Positions 57,192-64,000 of a stretch of 64,000 nucleotides of DNA are shown in pieces. Source of the DNA: a virus. Position 1 is the first letter of the stretch, and each line of letters opens with the position of its first letter. The notes beneath the pieces are model-generated. The model searched no databases and had not been told where the DNA came from. It worked only from the letters and a program-made list of their open reading frames with translations. The stretch spans positions 64,001 to 128,000 of the IMG/VR virus record IMGVR_UViG_3300022839_000007. One strand, 5' to 3'. Both the position numbers and the translations under genes were made by a program.

Positions 57192-57869
57192 TTATAACTT
57201 TTTTGCTAGTGGAAAGATTTCGGCTATTACTGTTGCACACGCCTTAGCAACTTCCATATGCTCTTTTTGTGTACCGTTTTCTTTACGTAGATCGATATAA
57301 TGAATCCAACTACGTAGTGTACCATTCATATATAGCCGTGTTTTAGTAAGCCCTTCGGGAAGAACTTTTCGTGCTTGTTCTTTTGCAATTCCGTTTTCAA
57401 TTGCCCAGTTATAAGCAACACTTGCTGTATCAATTACGTTTTGCTGTAACTGTTCCCATTTAATTATTAATTCAGAAACTCCTTCTTGATCAAGGTCAAG
57501 CTCTATTGAGTTCTGTCTGTTTTTTGGATCTTGTAGTCTAGCTTCGCAAATAACAAACGAGTTTTCAATTTCGCTTACATTTGCATATCTTTGGCTAAAT
57601 TCTTGAAATGCAAAACTTCTGTGTCTTATAATTTGATGAGCAATATCGCGAGTTGTTTCAATTTCAATAACTGCATTAGCCATTTCAAGCGGAGACCAAT
57701 GCTGATGTTTAATTAAATATGAAATTAATCGTTCACTAGTTTCGGTATTAATTTGTGCAGACGGGTTACTTACTTTTGCACAAAATGCAATTAGTTCTTG
57801 TACGTCGGTTAACCCTTCGTCTTCAAATTCTTTAGTTGCTCGACTATATGATATTAATTTAGCGTACAT
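57192..57869 (-). CDS. thyX: Flavin-dependent thymidylate synthase
   Basis: HWSPLE, RHRSFAFQEFSQRY, EQAR.VLP, TQKEH. Confidence 0.95.
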   Translation of the reverse strand: MYAKLISYSRATKEFEDEGLTDVQELIAFCAKVSNPSAQINTETSERLISYLIKHQHWSPLEMANAVIEIETTRDIAHQIIRHRSFAFQEFSQRYANVSEIENSFVICEARLQDPKNRQNSIELDLDQEGVSELIIKWEQLQQNVIDTASVAYNWAIENGIAKEQARKVLPEGLTKTRLYMNGTLRSWIHYIDLRKENGTQKEHMEVAKACATVIAEIFPLAKKL

Positions 57870-57893
57870 TAGTATTCCTTTTAAAATATGAAA

Positions 57894-58808
57894 TTAAATT
57901 CGCGCAAGGCAAATTAGAACTGCGGCAAGATTAATCTCTGGATCGACAACTAGTGCATGATCCACTAGTCCTTGTTTGATAATTAAAACTGCTTGATCTT
58001 GTTGGTCGTCGGTTCCAAAAATTGTAATGTTTGTATATAACCATACATATACTTCTTCAATCTCTTCGGACCGAAGTTGTCCGCATAATAACTTTCTTGC
58101 ATCTTGTATTTTACCAGCACGGAATAACTCTACCATGTTGACTCTCCATTCAGGAACTCCTGTGTCGGCTTTTTCAGCAGAGTTAAGCGTTCCGCTTTGT
58201 GAGTTTTCCTGTACAAGTTGAATACATTTTCTAAGATCAGGATAAGTAATCTTAACATACGTATCTAACGTATCGATGTCAAACTGGATAGTTTCTTCAA
58301 TAAGAATTTGTGCTACTCTTGCAGTGAATTCAACTTGATCAATTTTAGCAAAATGAAATTGATAACACCGGCTATGCAATGCTGGTATAATTCTGTTTGG
58401 TGCGTTTGTGGTTAAAATAAATCTAGCAAACTGAGAGTATTGTTCAATGATTCCTTTTAGCGAGTCCTGTCCTTGTGGCGAAATTCGGTCGCCTTCGTCT
58501 AGCAAAATTACCTTAAAGCTTCCCCAGGGAATCATACTAATAAACGGAACTATTCTGTCTCTAATGAAATCAATTCCAGTTTCTCTACTAGCATTTACTT
58601 CAAGTACGTCTAGCTCATGAACTCCTAGCTCGTTTATCAGCATCTTTGCCATACTAGTTTTTCCAGTTCCAGGCAACCCAGACAAAATCAAAGACGGAAT
58701 CGATTTGTCTTTGATCCATTGTTCTACTTGAGAACGCTGAGTTTTGTCTCGAAACACATATTCGTTAATAGTTTTTGGACGGTACTTATCAGTCCATAAT
58801 TGTTTCAT
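57894..58808 (-). CDS. Clamp loader AAA+ subunit (RFC/gp44-like)
   Basis: WTDKYRP, GLPGTGKT, NAS, LDEGD, SRC, PDLR. Confidence 0.9.
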   Translation of the reverse strand: MKQLWTDKYRPKTINEYVFRDKTQRSQVEQWIKDKSIPSLILSGLPGTGKTSMAKMLINELGVHELDVLEVNASRETGIDFIRDRIVPFISMIPWGSFKVILLDEGDRISPQGQDSLKGIIEQYSQFARFILTTNAPNRIIPALHSRCYQFHFAKIDQVEFTARVAQILIEETIQFDIDTLDTYVKITYPDLRKCIQLVQENSQSGTLNSAEKADTGVPEWRVNMVELFRAGKIQDARKLLCGQLRSEEIEEVYVWLYTNITIFGTDDQQDQAVLIIKQGLVDHALVVDPEINLAAVLICLARI

Positions 58809-58981
58809 CTGTTTTCCATTTTATAAAGTTCATGTATGCCGTAAAATGTTAACGCTGCAAATCCTAATTGCCACGTAACTAGTCCTTCGTTCACTAACTT
58901 GCAATATTCACGGTACCATCGTTTGTGATTCCCACCGTGTCTTGCTAATAGCAGTAATCTTTTTTTACGCAGAGAAGTCAT
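58805..58981 (-). CDS. Small hypothetical protein (58 aa, not in ORF track)
   Basis: MTSLRKKRLL...MENR*, ATGA-coupled on both sides. Confidence 0.6.
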   Translation of the reverse strand: MTSLRKKRLLLLARHGGNHKRWYREYCKLVNEGLVTWQLGFAALTFYGIHELYKMENR

Positions 58982-59166
58982 TTGTTTTGCTGCCGTCTTA
59001 GTCTAAAAGTACAATAACTATTAGTCCATAAGTCTAAAACAAAATAAGCACCCACGACACCCAACATCTGTATATACCAAATTGGTCCAGATACTGCTAT
59101 TACTACATTAGCAACAAAAAAATCTGCGGCTAGAAATGCCACTGCCCAATCATACCATTTAATCAT
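58978..59166 (-). CDS. Small membrane protein
   Basis: Two hydrophobic helices. Confidence 0.6.
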   Translation of the reverse strand: MIKWYDWAVAFLAADFFVANVVIAVSGPIWYIQMLGVVGAYFVLDLWTNSYCTFRLRRQQNK

Positions 59167-59348
59167 TGTTTGCTCCATTTAAGTAAAAATAAAATTGCTA
59201 TTCTAGGGTTGTTAAATTGTACATACCGCAATCTGTCAATGCTCCATAATTTTTTATCAGCAGGTCCATAACAGGAACACAACCATTTTATTGCATTGAG
59301 CCGATGCGATACTGACTGAGAAAGGGTTTCAAGATCGATAGTTGTCAC
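59163..59348 (-). CDS. Hypothetical protein
   Basis: KWL..YG..W..F.LKW small phage family. Confidence 0.6.
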   Translation of the reverse strand: MTTIDLETLSQSVSHRLNAIKWLCSCYGPADKKLWSIDRLRYVQFNNPRIAILFLLKWSKQ

Positions 59349-59527
59349 TCATCTGCACCTTCAGTAGGCTCAGTTTTCTTAGGACGTCTACCATAAAATC
59401 CCCCGGTGATAATTAAATTTTCACTGACTGCACCCGGAGGTGACACTGTAACTTTTCCTCCAGCAGAAAGATAGTTAAGTATAAGATCGCTATCATCTTT
59501 TTGTAATTTACGCGGAATTGGATTCAT
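59345..59527 (-). CDS. Hypothetical protein
   Basis: YLSAGGKVT motif. Confidence 0.6.
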   Translation of the reverse strand: MNPIPRKLQKDDSDLILNYLSAGGKVTVSPPGAVSENLIITGGFYGRRPKKTEPTEGADE

Positions 59528-59534
59528 ATATTAT

Positions 59535-60071
59535 CTACTTTTTAAAACCAAAATGACTAAAGATTTGCTGTACTGACTTTGCCTGAAAATACGCATCAGC
59601 TAACGCATTATGCAAATCAGTTTGCATAGCCTTACGCGGATCTACAGGCATACGTTTAGTAAGAGTTCTACTGTCAGAAATCTTCCAAAATTGCCACGGA
59701 ATAGGTTTTCCTGTCATTTTATACATATTTTCAAGAATTGTATAATCAAACCCGTAACCATGTCCCCATAGCTCGTCAACTCCGACTACCCATTTATTAA
59801 GTTGAGAAAGAGCGTCATCAACTGATACTGCTCCAGTTTGATCAAATGCTTCCTCCATCACTTTAGGATCTTGCTGACCCCACCATTGTAAAGTACTGTC
59901 GCTTGTTGTTCTTCCAAGCAAATCTTGATTGTCGACACATATTTTAATATAAAACTCTGAATGTGGTTCATCAGTAGTTAATGGATTAAATTTTACTGCA
60001 CCTAAGCTAAGAACTGTAGCAGTAGGACGAACATCCAGTGTCTCGACGTCGATCATTCCTGATGTAGACAA
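59535..60071 (-). CDS. DEDDh 3'-5' exonuclease
   Basis: IDVETL, FD..IL, DSRT, HNALADA. Confidence 0.9.
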   Translation of the reverse strand: MSTSGMIDVETLDVRPTATVLSLGAVKFNPLTTDEPHSEFYIKICVDNQDLLGRTTSDSTLQWWGQQDPKVMEEAFDQTGAVSVDDALSQLNKWVVGVDELWGHGYGFDYTILENMYKMTGKPIPWQFWKISDSRTLTKRMPVDPRKAMQTDLHNALADAYFQAKSVQQIFSHFGFKK

Positions 60072-60137
60072 GATAACCCTCCTTGGTTATGTTATACTGT
60101 ATTTTATTGTAACATGATTTTACAAGTAGTCAAATGA

Positions 60138-60506
60138 CTATTTTATAAATTGTGATAAGTTTGGATCTTTCCAACCTTCGGGTTTGAGAATTTTTCCGTC
60201 AGCTCGCCTACGAACTTTTCCAGATTCTACATTAATTTTAGCAAAATTAGTATCCATTACTTCTTTCCATGCAGCTTCTCCTACAGGACCGAATCCACTG
60301 AGAATTGCACCCGACGTAACGACCATGATATCAATTAATCCATCTAATTGCTTCACTCTATCTTCTTCTTGGCAAGCTACTACCAATTCGTTATATTCTT
60401 CGTCAATTAATCCTAAATACATTTCATATTGATCTTTGTTAGTGCCGTCGGTTGTTTGGTCACATGCTGTCATAAAAACATATGAGTCGTTAAAAATGTT
60501 TGTCAT
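60138..60506 (-). CDS. MazG-like nucleoside triphosphate pyrophosphohydrolase
   Basis: EEYNEL..DGLID; DGKILKP. Confidence 0.85.
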   Translation of the reverse strand: MTNIFNDSYVFMTACDQTTDGTNKDQYEMYLGLIDEEYNELVVACQEEDRVKQLDGLIDIMVVTSGAILSGFGPVGEAAWKEVMDTNFAKINVESGKVRRRADGKILKPEGWKDPNLSQFIK

Positions 60507-60515
60507 ATTTGTACC

Positions 60516-60920
60516 TTATTGATTAATAAACGTTCCGGGGTCAACTGTAAACCCTTCGCCGTCTGAATATTCTTTTCCTATAGTAATTCCAATTGGCGGC
60601 GTGTTGCTCCATAGCAATATACTAGAATTTTCTACCATGCGCAGTTCGCGTTGGTCATTTCCAGTTCCTACATTAATTCCACGTGTCCATCTGCCGTGTT
60701 CTATAAGAATCCAGTCGCCTATATTATAAGGATCGATATTATCTGGTCCTTTATCATATACTTTACCCCAGCGCGGGTAGATGCCTCTTCCGCTACCGTT
60801 GTCGTCTCGCACGATAAGTCCTGACAAGGTCTTTTGTTCACCAAAATACATATCGCTTACAATAACTTTATCACCAATGGCTCTTAATGTACCGTTGGAT
60901 GTGTTTGATGTTAATGTCAT
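60516..60920 (-). CDS. GroES-like co-chaperonin
   Basis: LRAIGDKVIV..SGLIV..GKV..GP..GDWIL. Confidence 0.8.
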   Translation of the reverse strand: MTLTSNTSNGTLRAIGDKVIVSDMYFGEQKTLSGLIVRDDNGSGRGIYPRWGKVYDKGPDNIDPYNIGDWILIEHGRWTRGINVGTGNDQRELRMVENSSILLWSNTPPIGITIGKEYSDGEGFTVDPGTFINQ

Positions 60921-61273
60921 GATTTACCTTTTTTAATAAAATTTCCCAATTCGTCTTCTTCCCACTGTGTAGCTATTGGTTTTTTAGCAACTGTACGTTC
61001 TTTTTTTACAACTGCTACGTCATCGTTAATTCTGCTGACTTCCCTAATTACCGGTTCGTCGAGAACTGCGTTAGTTTGATTGTAATAATCTTTAAGTACA
61101 TCTTCTCTTTTGCGAACTATTTTACCACCAGGTCCTAACTCGTCGCCTCGGGCATTGACTCTTGCGTTTCCAACTGCAGGAGTTAACTCATTTCTTGAAA
61201 TTAGTAAATCTAAGTCAACGCTTTTTCCGTTTGCAGTTTTATAGATTTTTCGACCTTTTCCTTTTGTTGTCAT
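60917..61273 (-). CDS. Conserved hypothetical phage protein
   Basis: AVGNARVNARGDELGPGG; AAGGAG SD. Confidence 0.75.
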   Translation of the reverse strand: MTTKGKGRKIYKTANGKSVDLDLLISRNELTPAVGNARVNARGDELGPGGKIVRKREDVLKDYYNQTNAVLDEPVIREVSRINDDVAVVKKERTVAKKPIATQWEEDELGNFIKKGKS

Positions 61274-61300
61274 AGGAGTCTCCTTATAATATACGTATAT

Positions 61301-61861
61301 TTAGTCTCTTAGAAACTCTCGCCAGTCAAGATTATACTTTACAGAGTCTATACGATGCACTCCAATCAAATATAGCACATATGAACTAACGCTGCTTCCT
61401 CGACCTACTCCCCAAATAATTTTATTTTCACGCATAAAGTCTACTAAGTACACCATATACCGTAACAAGTCCAACATGTTGCGATCTTTATATGCAGCTA
61501 GTTCTTCGCATACAACTTTCCATTCTCGTGTAGCATGGACTTCATACGGTTCAAACAATGGTAGTTTGGTCATTAATTCTGCCATGATATACGGTCCGAT
61601 ATCTAATATTTTATATTCATCAGGCATAAACCATTCGGATTGTAAAGCATGATCAAACTCTTCTTGCTGGACATCGAGTGCAATATATTTGGTAAGAGAA
61701 GGCATTCCTTGTTCTTGCATTGCAATATTAAACATATCTACTTCGTCACTTGGATCACATAATACCACATGGCATTTATCTGATTGTCCAGAATAAATTA
61801 AATTAATTAAATCACGGTTAGAAAATCTTGGAATTCCTAACGAGTCTGTTTTTATTAGCAT
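61301..61861 (-). CDS. DNA polymerase III alpha (DnaE)-like fragment
   Basis: WGVGRGSSVSSYVLYLIGVHRID; ends before the catalytic PDID motif. Confidence 0.8.
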   Translation of the reverse strand: MLIKTDSLGIPRFSNRDLINLIYSGQSDKCHVVLCDPSDEVDMFNIAMQEQGMPSLTKYIALDVQQEEFDHALQSEWFMPDEYKILDIGPYIMAELMTKLPLFEPYEVHATREWKVVCEELAAYKDRNMLDLLRYMVYLVDFMRENKIIWGVGRGSSVSSYVLYLIGVHRIDSVKYNLDWREFLRD

Positions 61862-61867
61862 ACATTA

Positions 61868-61896
61868 AGTTTAACGTACTTTAATTAACTTGTCAA
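61868..61896 (-). promoter_or_regulatory. sigma70-type promoter, -10 box only 6 nt from ATG
   Basis: TTGACA-N17-TAAACT-taatgt-ATG. Confidence 0.6.
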
Positions 61897-62101
61897 GAGT
61901 GTTGTTACCATTTTGTTGATCCTTTAGTCTGGAATTTGCTTTGCGTTCTTCTAATTCGAGCTTGTAAGTATCAATTAGTAATACAACTTGCTGTCTAACA
62001 GCTTCATTTTGTGTTGAAAAATATACACTAGTCAACTGTTGCAACTTTTGTTCAATTATAGGATCGCTTAGTGTATGTAAATCATTTACACCGGGATGCA
62101 T
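61871..62101 (-). CDS. Hypothetical phage protein
   Basis: 76-aa coupled ORF. Confidence 0.7.
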   Translation of the reverse strand: MHPGVNDLHTLSDPIIEQKLQQLTSVYFSTQNEAVRQQVVLLIDTYKLELEERKANSRLKDQQNGNNTLDKLIKVR

Positions 62102-62670
62102 TATACAAACGTTCCTAGATATCTTAAAAATACAGTTATGCCGTTATCATATGTAAATGCTTCAATTACAGTAGGAGTTGTGCTACTAGTTACGGTTAAT
62201 TTACTCGCGTTCCACGCTACATTACCATCAGTTCTAGTTGTGCCACCCGCACTTCTAATAGTAACTTCTCTTGAAGAACCGTCGGCAGTTATTATTAGTT
62301 GCATTGACGCAAAATTACCATCAGTTGCCCAGCTACCTAATGTTAAATCAAGATTCTGTTCAACTCTGACAACATAAACGTGTCCGCCTGTTATTGGTAA
62401 TATCTGGTTTGAAGATATTCCAGTTGCATATGTAGTATTTAATTTTAATGTATTATCTAATAATACTGCACCACTAATAATATTTCTATTAAAATTAGTA
62501 GTCTCGTCACTACGTACAGAGTTATCCTGCATATCAGTTATTTCTTCTTTGGCAAATGCAAAGTTTTCTTTAATCTGATTAAAGTTATCACGAAATCCTT
62601 GACTATCGTTGTCGCGACCTGCTACTGGAAAAGTGTCATCTATGTTTGTTATGCTAATATTGCTCGTCAT
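62101..62670 (-). CDS. Putative virion protein
   Basis: FPVAGRDNDSQGFRDNF; perfect TATAAATA at 62690-62697. Confidence 0.7.
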   Translation of the reverse strand: MTSNISITNIDDTFPVAGRDNDSQGFRDNFNQIKENFAFAKEEITDMQDNSVRSDETTNFNRNIISGAVLLDNTLKLNTTYATGISSNQILPITGGHVYVVRVEQNLDLTLGSWATDGNFASMQLIITADGSSREVTIRSAGGTTRTDGNVAWNASKLTVTSSTTPTVIEAFTYDNGITVFLRYLGTFV

Positions 62671-62701
62671 TTGATTTCCTTGTTTGTATTATTTATAATT
62701 A

Positions 62702-64000
62702 TTAAACATTGAATTGATAATTTGCGAACAATATGTACTGTTCGTTATTATTGCCAGTAGTAGCATCAACAATATATCTATCTATATCATAATTGATTGA
62801 ATTAAAATTAAACTTGCTATTTGCAATATTATCTTTAACTATTTTACCAAATCCGGGAAGTGTATATACTATAGGAATAGCTAACACATATCCTAAATTT
62901 ATTTGTCCAGACTCTTGTGGAGTTCTCATCCACAACGGAAGAAAGTCTCTACTGGTTGCTGCAATATTGTTACTGCTGGTTTTTATATTCTCAATCCTGC
63001 TTCGCATGTTATCTATATTACTTATATATCGTTTATTATCAGAATTTTGATCAAGCTGTATTGCATCGCTATCTGCAGTGATAGTATTTCCGTTTGGACG
63101 CTGTCGCCATGGCGACACGTAATTACTAGAAAATTGATCAGTAGACAAGTCGTACTTTACACTATCTGTAGTAATTCGAGTACTTCTGTTAATGATTTGA
63201 TATGATGTTTCGGTGTTGCCAGATTGCGGCGATGACGGATCATTTAATTCTAGATATACTATTTCGTATAATATATCAAGTGTGCCTTCGGCTTTTGCAA
63301 CGGCTGTTTGAAGAGATCCGATGTTATATTGTTTTCTTTTATGATTCTTTGCTGCCACACTAACAAAAGCAGAGATGTCCTGAGTTTCAATTCCGGCATA
63401 CACAAGACTTTTAAGTTCTCGTTGAATTCCAAAGTTTATATCACTTGGTCTATAAACCACAGATGGATCAATTAGTTTTGAATCGTTGCAAATTTGTAAA
63501 TACGATTGTTTTTTTTCTTTAGTAAGAAACGGTTTCATGTAGATATTACTATACACTTTGTTATCTATGTCTGTAATAGTTAATGTAAACGTTCTACTAA
63601 TTGCACTATACCCAAATCTGTCTTTTGCGAGTACAGTAAATGTAAACACCCTATCTATAGTAGTTAATGTTCCGTCAAACGTGGTAGTATTATTATCAAA
63701 AAAGGTTAGTCCTAACAAGTTGTTGATTGTAAAGATAGGAACTTTGCCAGTTATTTCACCGTTATCTTTGAATTCTAATCCCGGGGGCAAACTTCCTTGA
63801 GTTATATAATATTTAATTACAGCATCTGATAACGTAGAAGTTGCCCTTACGTTTAATGTACTTAATCGATTTGCTGCCAATGATCCTAAATTAACAGAAG
63901 TGTCCCATTTTATTGTGCTATCGACTTCTCCTAATAGAGATAAAGTAAAAGTACGAGATGTTTCTAATATGTCAACTTCGGCAACTGAAAATGTCTTATT
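62702..64000 (-). CDS. Large virion/baseplate protein with Ig-like repeat (5' truncated)
   Basis: Frame open to the window edge; GSLPPGL..GEITG..FTFTV. Confidence 0.7.
   Translation of the reverse strand, partial: NKTFSVAEVDILETSRTFTLSLLGEVDSTIKWDTSVNLGSLAANRLSTLNVRATSTLSDAVIKYYITQGSLPPGLEFKDNGEITGKVPIFTINNLLGLTFFDNNTTTFDGTLTTIDRVFTFTVLAKDRFGYSAISRTFTLTITDIDNKVYSNIYMKPFLTKEKKQSYLQICNDSKLIDPSVVYRPSDINFGIQRELKSLVYAGIETQDISAFVSVAAKNHKRKQYNIGSLQTAVAKAEGTLDILYEIVYLELNDPSSPQSGNTETSYQIINRSTRITTDSVKYDLSTDQFSSNYVSPWRQRPNGNTITADSDAIQLDQNSDNKRYISNIDNMRSRIENIKTSSNNIAATSRDFLPLWMRTPQESGQINLGYVLAIPIVYTLPGFGKIVKDNIANSKFNFNSINYDIDRYIVDATTGNNNEQYILFANYQFNV

Noticed and set aside
264-63800. The many 60-137 aa antisense or nested ORFs in the track (e.g. 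4749..5162, 30351..30749, 40291..40695)
   Set aside because: They lie opposite or inside well-supported genes and show no recognisable motifs; treated as shadow ORFs
1-64000. Stop-codon reassignment
   Set aside because: Known genes are full length under code 11, and TAA, TGA and TAG all end genes at expected positions
1-64000. tRNA genes, CRISPR arrays or long direct repeats
   Set aside because: Intergenic gaps are short; no cloverleaf or repeat-spacer periodicity seen by eye (tRNAscan and CRISPR tools not run)

Overview
A 64-kb, AT-rich, densely coding segment of a large (probably jumbo) tailed dsDNA phage using the standard genetic code. The host is a Gram-negative bacterium, judged from spanins and sigma70-type TTGACA-N17-TATAAT promoters; T4-like ATAAATA late promoters are also present. 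Left to right: (i) 1-16 kb, an island of about 20 tailoring enzymes (5 radical SAM, SPASM-type Fe-S domains, glycosyl-, methyl- and sulfotransferase-like proteins, three 2OG-Fe(II) oxygenases, three PP-loop ATPases including a QueC-like protein, SDR, two GNATs) abutting a tail-fibre-like gene; (ii) MoxR ATPase/vWA-peptidase pair and a 5'-3' exonuclease; (iii) a 7-deazaguanine DNA-modification locus (queE, folE, DpdL-like T-fold protein, DpdA/TGT-like) interleaved with a glycosyltransferase, epimerase, PRTase, nucleotide-sugar genes and a Hef-like homing endonuclease; (iv) a sliding clamp and a family-B DNA polymerase broken into four coding segments, apparently rebuilt by three mechanisms: a gene split in the fingers, a 252-nt group IA2 intron in motif B and a naturally split intein in motif C; (v) an array of small genes sharing an N-terminal MK(I/V)xE(I/V) leader resembling a capsid-targeting signal; (vi) clpA, def, dnaJ, lysis cassette, phoH, thyX, clamp loader, exonuclease, MazG-like, groES, a DnaE fragment and virion genes. 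No tRNA, rRNA or CRISPR array was seen. Product calls come from motif recognition by eye, not database searches. Several starts were moved from the ORF track to the codon with better SD or translational-coupling support.
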